Source of the DNA: Clostridia bacterium
GTDB taxonomy: Bacteria; Bacillota; Clostridia; Oscillospirales; CAG-382
Assembly: GCA_017549365.1 (NCBI GenBank)
Contig: JAFYUZ010000027.1
Location: 5,619-69,618, forward strand
Reading direction: 5' to 3'
DNA: 64,000 nucleotides
Every line of letters begins with the position of its first letter. Within the stretch, counting starts at the first letter, position 1. The notes beneath the pieces are model-generated. The model was not told where the DNA came from and made no database searches. It worked only from the letters and a program-made list of their open reading frames with translations. Both the position numbers and the translations under genes were made by a program. This document shows positions 9,515-19,402 of the stretch, in pieces.

Positions 9515-10453
9515 ATGAGCGCACTTAAAATACTTTTCATGGGCACTCCCGATTTTGCCGAATGCTCGCTTAAAGCTCTTTGCGAGGCAGGCGAAAATGT
9601 CGTTGGTGTTGTCACGGGCGAGGACAAAATGAAGGGTCGCGGCATGAAAATGGCGTTTTCCGAAGTAAAGACCTATGCTTTGTCCCAAAACATTCCCGTT
9701 TTTCAACCCCAGACCTTAAAGGACGGAGCGATTGCCGAGCTTCTTTCCGAGCTTTGCCCCGATATCATCATCGTCGTGGCATACGGCAAGCTTTTGCCGA
9801 AATACGTTCTTGATTTTCCAAAGTACGGATGTGTCAACGTGCACGGCTCACTGCTTCCCGAATATCGTGGCGCCGCTCCCATACAAAGAGCGGTTCTCGA
9901 CGGCAAGAGCGAAACCGGCATCACCACCATGTATATGGCGCAGGGACTTGACACCGGCGATATCATATACGCCGAAAAAATTTCGATCGGCGAAAACGAA
10001 ACTGTGGGCGAGGTTTGGGACAGACTTGCAATACTCGGCGGCTCGCTTCTTGTGAAAACGGTAAACGACATCGAAAAGGGCGTTGCTCCCCGTATTCCCC
10101 AGGACGACGAAAAAGCCACCCACGCCCCAAAAATAGACAAGGACGAGCGAAAGGTCGATCTTTCGCTTGATGCACTTTCGGTTCACAACAAGATCCGCGG
10201 AATGCAACCGTCGCCCTCGGCACACGCCATTCTTGACGGCGTGCCCACAAAGCTTTTTGATTCGAGCATAAACGAGCTTGAAAGCGAAAACACACCCGGA
10301 AAAATTCTGTCACTCGGCGCCGACGGAGTTGTCATTGCCTGCGGCAAGGGCTCTGTTAAGGTGCAGGCTCTCAAGCCCGAGGGTTCAAAGCTTCTGAAAA
10401 TTTCCGACATGATAAACGGAAGAAAGATATCTGCAGACAGTATTTTTGAATGA
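9515..10453 (+). CDS. fmt: Methionyl-tRNA formyltransferase
   Basis: 'ILFMGTPDFA', 'NVHGSLLPEYRGAAPIQ'. The ATG at 9515 fits the family N-terminus. Confidence 0.92.
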   Translation: MSALKILFMGTPDFAECSLKALCEAGENVVGVVTGEDKMKGRGMKMAFSEVKTYALSQNIPVFQPQTLKDGAIAELLSELCPDIIIVVAYGKLLPKYVLDFPKYGCVNVHGSLLPEYRGAAPIQRAVLDGKSETGITTMYMAQGLDTGDIIYAEKISIGENETVGEVWDRLAILGGSLLVKTVNDIEKGVAPRIPQDDEKATHAPKIDKDERKVDLSLDALSVHNKIRGMQPSPSAHAILDGVPTKLFDSSINELESENTPGKILSLGADGVVIACGKGSVKVQALKPEGSKLLKISDMINGRKISADSIFE

Positions 10454-10475
10454 TCCCTTGCGAAAGGAGTTTTAT

Positions 10476-11189
10476 ATGGAATATATCGAATATTTTTTCA
10501 GCAATCTCAACGAGACTTATATCTACCTGCTTCTGATTGCCGCCATGATTTTTTCCATGTGGGCGCAGTTTAATGTGCAGACCACTTTCAGCAAATACTC
10601 CAAGGTCAAAAACATGGCAGGAATGACGGGTTTTGAAGCCGCCCGTATGATACTTGACCGCAACGGACTTATAAATGTGCGCGTCGAGCGCGTTTCGGGA
10701 AACCTGACCGACCACTACGACCCCAAAGCCAACGTGATAAGACTTTCGGAGGGGGTTTTTTCAAGCACATCTGCCGCCGCTGTCGGCGTTGCGGCGCACG
10801 AAGCGGGGCACGCGGTTCAGCACGCCGTAGGCTATGGCCCCATCAAGGTCCGCACTGCGATAATCCCCGTATGCAACATCGGCTCGTATCTTGCGTGGCC
10901 GCTTATAATACTTGGCATTATCACAACGATCCCCGAACTTTCCTTTATCGGCGTTATCCTTTTTTCGGCGGCAACCGTTTTCCAGCTTGTAACTCTCCCC
11001 TGCGAATTCAACGCAAGCTCCCGCGCCCTTGCGGCACTTCGTGAAAGCGGCAGAATGGGAAAAGACGACCTTTCGGCCGCAAAGAAAACTCTCACTGCCG
11101 CGGCTCTCACCTACCTTGCCGCCCTTGCAGTGTCGATTCTCAACCTTTTGAGGATAATCGCCATGCTCAACCGCAACAACAGAGACTGA
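10476..11189 (+). CDS. Membrane zinc metallopeptidase (YugP / Zn_peptidase_2 family)
   Basis: HEAGH motif plus transmembrane segments. AGGAG lies 7 nt before the ATG at 10476. Confidence 0.8.
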   Translation: MEYIEYFFSNLNETYIYLLLIAAMIFSMWAQFNVQTTFSKYSKVKNMAGMTGFEAARMILDRNGLINVRVERVSGNLTDHYDPKANVIRLSEGVFSSTSAAAVGVAAHEAGHAVQHAVGYGPIKVRTAIIPVCNIGSYLAWPLIILGIITTIPELSFIGVILFSAATVFQLVTLPCEFNASSRALAALRESGRMGKDDLSAAKKTLTAAALTYLAALAVSILNLLRIIAMLNRNNRD

Positions 11190-11208
11190 AAAACGAGAGG
11201 AACAGATT

Positions 11209-12531
11209 TTGACTCCAAGACAAGCAGCCCTTTTGTCGGTGAATTCGTGCATCGGCAACGGAAAATATACAAACCTTGAGCTTTCGTCGGTTATAAAAAA
11301 ATACAACTTCGAGGGCTTGGACAAAAGCTTTTTTACGGCGCTTTTTTATGGCACAGTCGAAAAAATGCTTACGCTTGACTATTGCATCGCCGCCCTTTCT
11401 TCGATAAAGACCGAAAAAATCGACAGCATGGTCATGTGCCTTTTGCGCACGGGACTTTACCAAATTCTCTTTATGGACAGGGTTCCCGATTCTGCGGCAG
11501 TTAACGAATCGGTGGAGCTGGCAAAAAGATATTGCCCAAAAAGCTCTGTCGGTTATGTAAACGCCGTGCTTCGTTCGGCTTCCCGCTCGAAGCAAATGCT
11601 TTTTGAAAAAATGCAATCCGAAAAGGGACTTTTCGGCGTGTCGGTGATGACGAGCATCCCGCAGGACATTCTTGAAGTGTGGGAAAGCTCCTACGGCAGA
11701 AAAACCGCGGTGGACATCGCCGCGCACTTTATGTCGGCATCTCCCTACGTGACTTTGCGCACAAACACTCTTAAAATAACCCGCGAGCGTATGCTCGATT
11801 CGCTTGGCAACATCGCCACTGCCTCAACCATCGCACGGTCGGCGATCCGCCTTTCGGGGTCTTTTCCGGTGGAGGATATATATGGCTTTGACGAGGGACT
11901 TTTCTTCGTTCAGGACGAAGCAAGCCAGCTTGCCTCATCTTTTATAAACGAGTCTGTTGTGCCCGAGGGCGGTATCATCGTTGACGTTTGCGCCTGCCCC
12001 GGCGGAAAAAGCTTTTCGGCGGCAATAAATCTTGGCGACAAGGCACAGGTGTATTCTTTTGATCTTCACGCCAACAAGCTTTCGCTTATCGAAAAGGGTG
12101 CACAGCGCCTTGGTATAACAAACATTTCGGTATCATCGCGGGATGCAAGAACCAACGACGAAACCCTTGTCGGAAAAGCAGACGCCGTCATTTGCGACGT
12201 ACCCTGCTCGGGTCTTGGCGTTATTGCCAAAAAGCCCGATATACGCTACAAGCCCGTTTCGGAATCAGAACGCCTGCCGGGAATTCAAAAAGACATCCTT
12301 TCGTCGGCATCAAAATATCTGAAAAAAGGCGGAGTGCTCATCTACTCCACCTGCACCCTGAATAAGCGCGAAAACGAAGATATCGTAAACGCTTTTCTTG
12401 AAGAAAACAATGCATTTTCGCTGTCAAACGATATCATAATCGGCGAAAAACGCGGCATGGCAACCATTTTCCCACAGGAATATTCCACCGACGGATTTTT
12501 CATTGCAAAAATAATCAAAAACAAAGAGTAA
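11209..12531 (+). CDS. rsmB: 16S rRNA (cytosine967-C5)-methyltransferase
   Basis: NusB-like N-terminal domain plus a SAM methyltransferase domain ('DVCACPGGKS', 'DVPCSGLG', 'YSTCT'). TTG start. Confidence 0.88.
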   Translation: MTPRQAALLSVNSCIGNGKYTNLELSSVIKKYNFEGLDKSFFTALFYGTVEKMLTLDYCIAALSSIKTEKIDSMVMCLLRTGLYQILFMDRVPDSAAVNESVELAKRYCPKSSVGYVNAVLRSASRSKQMLFEKMQSEKGLFGVSVMTSIPQDILEVWESSYGRKTAVDIAAHFMSASPYVTLRTNTLKITRERMLDSLGNIATASTIARSAIRLSGSFPVEDIYGFDEGLFFVQDEASQLASSFINESVVPEGGIIVDVCACPGGKSFSAAINLGDKAQVYSFDLHANKLSLIEKGAQRLGITNISVSSRDARTNDETLVGKADAVICDVPCSGLGVIAKKPDIRYKPVSESERLPGIQKDILSSASKYLKKGGVLIYSTCTLNKRENEDIVNAFLEENNAFSLSNDIIIGEKRGMATIFPQEYSTDGFFIAKIIKNKE

Positions 12532-12535
12532 GCTA

Positions 12536-13600
12536 ATGGACAACAAAAAAATCGACATATCGAGTCTTGATATTTCCGAAATTGCAACACTTTTCGAAGA
12601 GCTTTCGGAAAAAAGCGGAGTTAAGATCGAAAAATTCCGCGCAAAGCAGGTTTTTTCGTGGCTTAACAAGGGCGTTTGCTCGTTTGACGAAATGACAAAC
12701 GTTTCAAAGGCACAAAGAACCGTGCTTTCCGATAATTGTTACATCGCCCTGCCTGCCGTTGAAAAGAAATTCGTTTCCAAGATCGACGGCACGGTGAAAT
12801 ATCTTTTCAGGCTTTTCGACGGCGAATGTGTGGAAAGCGTTTTCATGCGCTACGAGCACGGCAACACCGTCTGCATCTCCACCCAGGCAGGTTGCCGCAT
12901 GGGTTGCAGATTTTGCGCCTCGACCATTGCGGGATTTACAAGAAATCTCACCCCCTCCGAGATACTCGGTCAGGTCATTGCCGCGTCAAAAGACACGGGC
13001 GAGCGCGTTTCGAACATCGTTATGATGGGAATAGGCGAACCGCTTGACAACTTTGACAACGTGATGAAATTTTTAGAGCTTGTCAATTGCGAAGATGGCT
13101 TAAACATCGGCTATCGTCACATTTCGCTTTCCACCTGCGGAATCGTGCCGAAAATACTTGAGCTTTCGGAAAAAAAGCTTCCCATAACTCTTTCGATCTC
13201 GCTTCACGCCACAAACCAGAAGGAGCGCGAAAACCTTATGCCGATTGCAAAAAAATACAGCATCGACGAGCTTCTTGGTGCCTGCCGCAAATATCTTGAG
13301 GGCGGCGGAAAGCGCATTTCGTTTGAATACACCATGATCGAGGGCGAAAACGACTCACGCGAGGACGCCTTGCGCCTTGCAAAGCTTCTTTCGGGGATGC
13401 TTTGCCACGTAAATCTTATTCCGCTCAACACCGTTTCGGGCAGAGATTACAGAAAAAGCGGCAAGGAAGCCATTGCAAACTTTGTTTCTATCCTCGAAAA
13501 ACACGGTTTTCCCGCCACCGTCAGAAGAAGGCTGGGATCCGACATCGATGCTTCGTGCGGTCAGCTGAGAGCATCAAAAATCGAAGCGGAAAATTCATAA
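12536..13600 (+). CDS. rlmN: 23S rRNA/tRNA (adenine-C2)-methyltransferase, radical SAM
   Basis: 'CRMGCRFCAS' radical-SAM cluster motif, 'MGIGEPL', and a C-terminal 'CGQL'. Confidence 0.92.
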   Translation: MDNKKIDISSLDISEIATLFEELSEKSGVKIEKFRAKQVFSWLNKGVCSFDEMTNVSKAQRTVLSDNCYIALPAVEKKFVSKIDGTVKYLFRLFDGECVESVFMRYEHGNTVCISTQAGCRMGCRFCASTIAGFTRNLTPSEILGQVIAASKDTGERVSNIVMMGIGEPLDNFDNVMKFLELVNCEDGLNIGYRHISLSTCGIVPKILELSEKKLPITLSISLHATNQKERENLMPIAKKYSIDELLGACRKYLEGGGKRISFEYTMIEGENDSREDALRLAKLLSGMLCHVNLIPLNTVSGRDYRKSGKEAIANFVSILEKHGFPATVRRRLGSDIDASCGQLRASKIEAENS

Positions 13601-13697
13601 AAAAACGAAACTTTAAAGCTGATTTTTCGTCTTACAACATATAATTACCAAAAACAATTTTCGGAAAGGACGTCCGAAGGACACAGGTGCATAAGCA

Positions 13698-14456
13698 ATG
13701 CCAATTCAATTTTTTGGAAAAACCGATATAGGCTCTGTCAGAGATACCAACCAGGACAACTTTTTTGCCGACTACCTCGATTGCGGTATCGACGAACAGG
13801 TTTTTCTTGCGGTAGTATGTGACGGCATGGGCGGAGCAAGCGGAGGAAGCTTTGCAAGCTCTCTTGCCATCAAAACTTTTGTCAGCGAGCTTTGTACCGG
13901 ATTGAAAAACGTATCCGCCGAAAAGCTTTCCATCGATTCGTGCGAGCTTCTTTTGTCGTACGCGGCAAAGTGCGCCAACAGCGCCGTTTACAACGCCGCA
14001 CAGGGCAATTCCGAGCTTCACGGAATGGGAACCACCCTTGTGGGCATGATGGTTTTCAGAAACACCGTTTACGCCCTCAACATCGGCGACAGCCGTCTTT
14101 ACGTTCTTGGCGAAGACGGAATGTGCAAGCTCACGCGTGACCATTCGTACGTTCAGGCGCTGGTGGATCAGGGCAAGATATCGGAAGCGGAAGCAAAGGT
14201 GCATCCCAACAAAAACGTCATTATGCGTGCCGTGGGCACGGATGCCGAGGTTGCGGCAGATTTCTTCAAGATCCTGCCTGACAGAAAGAGCTTTCTTCTC
14301 TGTTCTGACGGTCTTTCCAACTTTGTCGACGATATATCGATGGAAAAGATCATTGTCGAAAGCGACAGTGTCAGAGAAGCCGTAAATACCCTTATCGAAA
14401 AGGCAAACACCGCAGGCGGCGGCGACAACATCACCGCCATTCTCGTCAGATTTTAA
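13698..14456 (+). CDS. PP2C-family Ser/Thr protein phosphatase (Stp/PrpC)
   Basis: 'RD.NQD', 'VCDGMGG', 'LCSDGL', 'GGGDNIT'. Confidence 0.9.
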   Translation: MPIQFFGKTDIGSVRDTNQDNFFADYLDCGIDEQVFLAVVCDGMGGASGGSFASSLAIKTFVSELCTGLKNVSAEKLSIDSCELLLSYAAKCANSAVYNAAQGNSELHGMGTTLVGMMVFRNTVYALNIGDSRLYVLGEDGMCKLTRDHSYVQALVDQGKISEAEAKVHPNKNVIMRAVGTDAEVAADFFKILPDRKSFLLCSDGLSNFVDDISMEKIIVESDSVREAVNTLIEKANTAGGGDNITAILVRF

Positions 14457-14474
14457 ACAAAAGGAGCAACGGAT

Positions 14475-16412
14475 ATGGAACGTTACGAGCAGTATATCGG
14501 CAAGACCCTTAACGGCAAATACACCATAAAAGAACTCCTGGGTGTCGGAGGAATGGCATACGTTTTCAAAGCGACCGTAGAGGGCACCGACAAGGTCGTG
14601 TCTGTCAAGATACTGAACGAGGAATCTAGCAAGGACGAAAAATCCGTCCGCCGTTTTCTCAATGAATCAAAGGCCGTTTCAATGCTTTCCCACCCCAACA
14701 TCGTAAAGATCTACGACGTTGTATTTGAAAAAGATATCAACTACCTCGTTATGGAATATGTCGAGGGTATAACCCTGAAGGAATATATAGATTTCAAAAA
14801 GACGGTTGAATGGGGCGAGGCGGTTTATTACGTTTCGCAGATCCTTCGTGCTCTGGGACACGCTCATCAAATGGGCATTATCCACCGCGACGTCAAACCG
14901 CAAAACATCATGATAACCCGAGAAGGCGTTGTCAAGGTGATGGATTTCGGTATTGCAAAAATGCTGAAATCCGAGTCTATCACCATGACCGACATGGCTC
15001 TTGGCACCGTCGATTATATCAGCCCCGAGCAGGCCAGCGGAAAAGAGATCGGATTTTATTCCGACATCTATTCGGTCGGCGTAATGCTTTACGAAATGAC
15101 CACGGGAAAACTGCCCTTTGTCGCCGAAAGCTCGATGGCTGTGGCGATGATGCAGATTCAGGACGAACCCCAGCCCCCCACACAGATAAACCCTGCCATC
15201 CCCCGCGGACTTGAGCAGATAATCTTAAAGGCGATGAACAAAGAACCCGACGAAAGATTTTCGTCGTGTGCCACCATGGAAAAGGCTCTGGGCATCATTG
15301 CTTCTGATCCTGCCACCGTTTTCACTGTTCACCGCAAATCCCCCGAAAAGAAAAAAGAAAACGAACAATCCAAAAAACGTGCTTCGTTTCTCGCTATCAT
15401 TTCGGGCGTTACGGCGGCTTTCTTCATTGTTCTCATAGTGTTTGCCGTTATGTTCTTAAAGCAGTGCAGTGCAAGCTTTACCGACACGGGTAAAGAAATC
15501 GTTATCCCCTCTCTGCTCGGCCAGATGCACAGCGAAAAGCTTGTTGAAAAATTCAAGGCAGACGGATATGAAATAAATATCAGCACCAAAGAGGTCGAGC
15601 ACGACCCCGAAAAACCCGTGGGCGAGATCATAAAGCAGACCCCATCAGGCGGAACGAGAAAAAAATACAACGCCTCCGCTCTGCAGACCATCACGGTAAC
15701 CCTCAACCCCCCTGCAAAGGTTTTTGTTCTTGACGATTACACCAACGCCAACGCCCAGGAGGTAACCACCATCCTGCGCCGAAACGATATTGTCTGGAAT
15801 CTGAAATCCGAGGATCACGACACGGTTATCAAAGGATACGTTATCAAAACCGATCCTGCCCCCGGCACAGTGCTGAACAAGGGTGACAGCATAACCCTTT
15901 ACGTCAGCAACGGCGCTCCCGTTGAAGAAACAGAAGTTCCCAACGTTTTGGGCAAGACATACGAGGATGCCATCCGCGAGCTCCAGAAAAACCGCATCAG
16001 CATCGGCACAGTAAGCTATGAAGAATCTGCCGCCCCCGAAGGAACTGTTGTTGCACAAAGTCTTGCAGAGGGCGAAAAGGTTTACAAATATATCAGCGAG
16101 ATCGACCTTACCGTAAGCATGGGCATGATCGTTATCCCCACACCCGAGCAAAAAGAAGAGGAACCCAAAGAGGACGATTCGACCAACGTCGGCGAGGGTG
16201 AGAACACCGAAAATGAGGGCGAAAACGAGCCCGTGACCAACGATACCCAAACCGACACCCCCGAGGAAAACACCCCCGAGAATGCCGACGAAGAATCCAC
16301 GCCCGACGATAATGCAGGCGAAAACGCCGATTCTCCCGATGCGAAAGAGGACGAAAATCCTTCTGAAAAGCCCGAAAACGAAAACCCGGACGAAAATGCC
16401 ACCGAGGTTTGA
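14475..16412 (+). CDS. prkC: Ser/Thr protein kinase with PASTA repeats (PrkC-like) and a long acidic tail
   Basis: Hanks kinase motifs ('HRDVKPQN', 'DFGIA', 'SPEQ'), one transmembrane helix and PASTA-like repeats. The C-terminal ~95 aa are E/D/N/P-rich. Confidence 0.9.
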   Translation: MERYEQYIGKTLNGKYTIKELLGVGGMAYVFKATVEGTDKVVSVKILNEESSKDEKSVRRFLNESKAVSMLSHPNIVKIYDVVFEKDINYLVMEYVEGITLKEYIDFKKTVEWGEAVYYVSQILRALGHAHQMGIIHRDVKPQNIMITREGVVKVMDFGIAKMLKSESITMTDMALGTVDYISPEQASGKEIGFYSDIYSVGVMLYEMTTGKLPFVAESSMAVAMMQIQDEPQPPTQINPAIPRGLEQIILKAMNKEPDERFSSCATMEKALGIIASDPATVFTVHRKSPEKKKENEQSKKRASFLAIISGVTAAFFIVLIVFAVMFLKQCSASFTDTGKEIVIPSLLGQMHSEKLVEKFKADGYEINISTKEVEHDPEKPVGEIIKQTPSGGTRKKYNASALQTITVTLNPPAKVFVLDDYTNANAQEVTTILRRNDIVWNLKSEDHDTVIKGYVIKTDPAPGTVLNKGDSITLYVSNGAPVEETEVPNVLGKTYEDAIRELQKNRISIGTVSYEESAAPEGTVVAQSLAEGEKVYKYISEIDLTVSMGMIVIPTPEQKEEEPKEDDSTNVGEGENTENEGENEPVTNDTQTDTPEENTPENADEESTPDDNAGENADSPDAKEDENPSEKPENENPDENATEV

Positions 16413-16424
16413 AACAGGTGAAAA

Positions 16425-17330
16425 ATGACTGAAAAAGCAAGAATAATCAAGGGCGTAGGCGGACTTTACACCGCCGAGCTTTGCGACAAAAACTGCAAGG
16501 ACAGATATATTTCCTGCCGCGCCAAGGGCGCTTTTCGCCGCGACGGAATAAAACCCCTGCCGGGAGACATCATTGAGTTTGAACGGCAAAAGGATGGCAG
16601 CGGATTTATCACAGATATCTGTCCGCGAAAAAATTCTCTCATCCGTCCTGCCAGTGCCAATATAGACCTGATTCTGTTTGTCATTGCCGCCGCAAAACCC
16701 GATCCCGACCTTTTTCTTATTGACAAAATGCTGGCGGTTGCCTGCCACAACGACATCGACGTTCTGATGATCGTTAACAAAACCGACCTTGCCGATGGAG
16801 CAGAGCTTTGCGATATATACCGCACGTCGGGCTTTGAGGTGGTGGATTTTTGCGCAAGCAACCCCGACAAAGATACCATAAACCACATAAGACAAGCCGT
16901 ACAAGGCAAAATTTGCTTTTTTGCAGGAGCTTCGGGAGTGGGAAAAAGCAGTACCATCAACGCAGTTTTTCCCGAGCTTGGCAAAGAGCTTGAAACGGGA
17001 ACTTTGAGCGAAAAGATCGAACGCGGCAAACACACCACCCGAAAGACCGAGCTTTTCAGACTTTCGGAAGATACATACATCGCCGACACCCCCGGTTTTT
17101 CGATGCTCGAGATCGCCCAGTACAATATGATCCCCAAGAACAGCCTTGTTAGCGCTTTTCCCGACATCGAAAAATTCTCTCTTTCCTGCCGCTACACCGA
17201 TTGCAGTCATCTTTGCGAGGACGGATGCGGAGTTGTGACGGCGCTTTCCGACGGAAATGTTAAAAAAAGCCGCCACGAAAGCTACCGATTGCTTTTTGAG
17301 GAGCTGAAAAACAAAAATGAATGGGATTGA
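16425..17330 (+). CDS. rsgA: Ribosome small-subunit-dependent GTPase A
   Basis: Circularly permuted GTPase ('NKTDL', 'GASGVGKSS') with a C-terminal zinc knuckle 'C....C.H..E.GC'. Confidence 0.9.
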   Translation: MTEKARIIKGVGGLYTAELCDKNCKDRYISCRAKGAFRRDGIKPLPGDIIEFERQKDGSGFITDICPRKNSLIRPASANIDLILFVIAAAKPDPDLFLIDKMLAVACHNDIDVLMIVNKTDLADGAELCDIYRTSGFEVVDFCASNPDKDTINHIRQAVQGKICFFAGASGVGKSSTINAVFPELGKELETGTLSEKIERGKHTTRKTELFRLSEDTYIADTPGFSMLEIAQYNMIPKNSLVSAFPDIEKFSLSCRYTDCSHLCEDGCGVVTALSDGNVKKSRHESYRLLFEELKNKNEWD

Positions 17331-18003
17331 ACTTAAAAGATTTGCAGAAAAAAAGCCCTGCCGCGCCTTTATTTTCACGGGCGGCAAGGCTTTTTGCGCT
17401 GAAAAAATGACCGACATTCCCAAAGACTGCGATCTTGTCATCGCCGCCGATTCGGGATGCGAAACCTTAGTACAGTTTTCCGAAAAAGTAAAAAAGATCA
17501 GCCCCGATATTATACTCGGAGATATGGATTCGTGCAAAAACTTTTCGATGTCCGACTATCCCGATGCGGTCTTTTTGCCCTTTCCTCCCGAAAAGGACGA
17601 CACTGACACAGGTCTTGCCGTTGATGTGGCAAAAAGCTTCGGTTGCAGCGAAATAATCATTGCAGGCGGTCTTGGCGGAAGACTCGATCACACTCTTGCC
17701 AACGTGTTTCTTTTGGAGGACATCCGAAATTCGGGAGCGCGCGGCATCATCACCGACGGAAAAAACAGGGCGTATCTTGCCGAAAAAGAAAACTTTTTCT
17801 CGGCATCGGGCAGAAAATATCTGTCGATTATCCCGCTTGATGACATCATCGAAGGAGTCACCATGGATGGATTCAAATATCCATACAGCGCAGCTACCAT
17901 GCGCCGCAATCGGTTTGTTACCATCTCCAACGAGGTGCAAAAGGACGGCGCAAAGGTTACGGTGGAGCGCGGAAGCGCGCTTATCGTGGAAAGCGGGGAC
18001 TGA
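17317..18003 (+). CDS. thiN: Thiamine pyrophosphokinase
   Basis: 'GDMDS', 'KDDTD', 'GGLGGRLDH'. It overlaps the end of rsgA. Confidence 0.85.
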   Translation: MNGIELKRFAEKKPCRAFIFTGGKAFCAEKMTDIPKDCDLVIAADSGCETLVQFSEKVKKISPDIILGDMDSCKNFSMSDYPDAVFLPFPPEKDDTDTGLAVDVAKSFGCSEIIIAGGLGGRLDHTLANVFLLEDIRNSGARGIITDGKNRAYLAEKENFFSASGRKYLSIIPLDDIIEGVTMDGFKYPYSAATMRRNRFVTISNEVQKDGAKVTVERGSALIVESGD

Positions 18004-18005
18004 AT

Positions 18006-18509
18006 ATGACACAAACACAAAAGATTATTGCACGAACTCTTGGCGCCGACAACATAACCGACGGAGCAAGAGTATATATTTCCGAAAGCACAGACGCAGT
18101 TTCGTTTGACGAAAAACTGTGCGGCGCATACGGAAAGCTTTTTCTTAAAGAAAAGATATTTACCGTGCCCGAAGGTGTTTTTATTGATCTCGAAGCACCC
18201 TTGCGAAACGATATCACAAGCGAAAAGATTGCAGATTTTGTGGCAGACTTTATCTCAAAGCTTGATGTCGAAGGAAAATCTTTGGAATTTGGCGGAGATT
18301 CAATGACATACCTCACCATGGACGACAGATTTGCCGTGGTGGAAAAGCTTCTTGACCTTGAAAAAAAGCCTTTTTGCGTTATCTTTGAATATGACTACAT
18401 CACCGCCGAATACACGTTTGAACACTTTGGCAAAAAGCCCGAAACTTTCTATAACGACGGACCGCAAAGCTATGAGCAGGTGGTCACGCTCGAGCTTGAC
18501 AGAATATAA
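18006..18509 (+). CDS. Hypothetical protein (weak aconitase/LeuC-like motifs)
   Basis: 167-aa ORF starting 3 nt after thiN. The N-terminal 'MTQTQKIIARTLG...G..V.....D' and the later 'LEFGGDSMTYLTMDDRFAV' recall aconitase-family signatures. It is far too short for that family and lacks the Cys ligands. Confidence 0.5.
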   Translation: MTQTQKIIARTLGADNITDGARVYISESTDAVSFDEKLCGAYGKLFLKEKIFTVPEGVFIDLEAPLRNDITSEKIADFVADFISKLDVEGKSLEFGGDSMTYLTMDDRFAVVEKLLDLEKKPFCVIFEYDYITAEYTFEHFGKKPETFYNDGPQSYEQVVTLELDRI

Positions 18510-18526
18510 AACATCAATTACTTGAC

Positions 18527-18563
18527 AAAACGAGGTCCGTTTGGAAAACCGGACCTCGTTTTC
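18527..18563. terminator. Bidirectional intrinsic terminator
   Basis: Stem cgaggtccg/cggacctcg with an A-run before it and a T-run after it, between convergent genes. Confidence 0.75.
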
Positions 18564-18804
18564 ATTTTATTTCTTGTTCAAGTTCGCGAAATTCGGGAGT
18601 GTCAAAAAACTCTATCAAAGATATATTCATTCCATCACAAAGCATTTTTATTGTAACTATTCCCGGGTTCTTGCTTTTTCCGTAAAGTATATTTTTAATA
18701 GTAGACGGCGGTACCGCTGATTCAGTTGCAAGTTTGTGTATTGCCATATTTTTCTCCTCACAAAGCTTCAACAGTCTATTCTTAACCGTGGTATAGGTAT
18801 CCAT
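18562..18804 (-). CDS. XRE-family helix-turn-helix transcriptional regulator (80 aa)
   Basis: HTH_3-like 'LKLCEEKNMAIHKLATESAVPPSTIKNIL'. Codon usage is AT-rich. It is a paralogue of the ORF at 23544-23786. Confidence 0.8.
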   Translation of the reverse strand: MDTYTTVKNRLLKLCEEKNMAIHKLATESAVPPSTIKNILYGKSKNPGIVTIKMLCDGMNISLIEFFDTPEFRELEQEIK

Positions 18805-18827
18805 AATTCGCCTCCAAAAGTATTATA

Positions 18828-18894
18828 GGCTAATTATAGTCTTTTACTCTTGACAAAATGGGCTATATATGATACAATTAGGCTATAAATAGCC
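18828..18894. promoter_or_regulatory. Candidate operator set for the XRE regulator
   Basis: Perfect palindrome GGCTATAAATAGCC (18881-18894) lies just after the -10 box. There is a near-palindrome GGCTAATTATAGTC (18828-18841) and a half-site GGCTAT (18861-18866). Confidence 0.45.
18850..18878 (+). promoter_or_regulatory. Sigma-A promoter, TTGACA-17nt-TACAAT, for the membrane-protein gene
   Basis: TTGACA at 18850-18855 and TACAAT at 18873-18878. Confidence 0.65.
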
Positions 18895-18923
18895 CGTTTG
18901 CGTTATGAACTTTTGGAGGCATC

Positions 18924-19349
18924 ATGCGTATAAAATCAATTATTCAAAAATTATCGGTTGGTCTTGGTATTTTTGCAGGCACATGCTGCATATATATCAC
19001 AATCCATAATATTGTAGCAATAATCGACACAGTATCCTACGGTCGCCGCTTTTTCATATTCACATTAATATTGGATATTGTGTGTCAAATTCTGCTGCTG
19101 ATTGTTGAACTCATGGGAACAGCCTTGTCTTCAGCCCTTTTATGCGGTTTTGCTGAGATAGTGGCGTATGCTCACTCCAGAACCCTTCCAAACAGCAATA
19201 TCAGCTTTGATATGTACAATAACAGGATAGTTGAATTAACAAATTTAACCGAAAAAGATCCGTATACAAGCAAGCTGAATAAGATTGCAACAGCATCGGA
19301 AAAAGATAGATCTGATGATGCATATTATCATCATTCTGTAGAAAAATAA
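18924..19349 (+). CDS. Small membrane protein, unknown function
   Basis: GGAGG lies before the ATG. Three hydrophobic segments are followed by a polar tail. The gene is AT-rich, and a terminator hairpin at about 19361-19380 is followed by a T-run. Confidence 0.6.
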   Translation: MRIKSIIQKLSVGLGIFAGTCCIYITIHNIVAIIDTVSYGRRFFIFTLILDIVCQILLLIVELMGTALSSALLCGFAEIVAYAHSRTLPNSNISFDMYNNRIVELTNLTEKDPYTSKLNKIATASEKDRSDDAYYHHSVEK

Positions 19350-19402
19350 CAACAAATCAAAAAGCTCCCGAAACGGGAGCTTTTTTATATAGCTTTGTTC
19401 TA

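Noticed and set aside
15645-17537. 630-aa minus-strand ORF antisense to prkC/rsgA. Similar antisense ORFs include 60008-61441, 20976-22187, 56473-57504, 23876-24685, 7271-8260, 4165-5420, 42474-43367, 58165-59112 and 61536-62252.
   Set aside because: Same shadow-ORF explanation. Each overlaps a confidently identified gene on the other strand and has no RBS or family signature.
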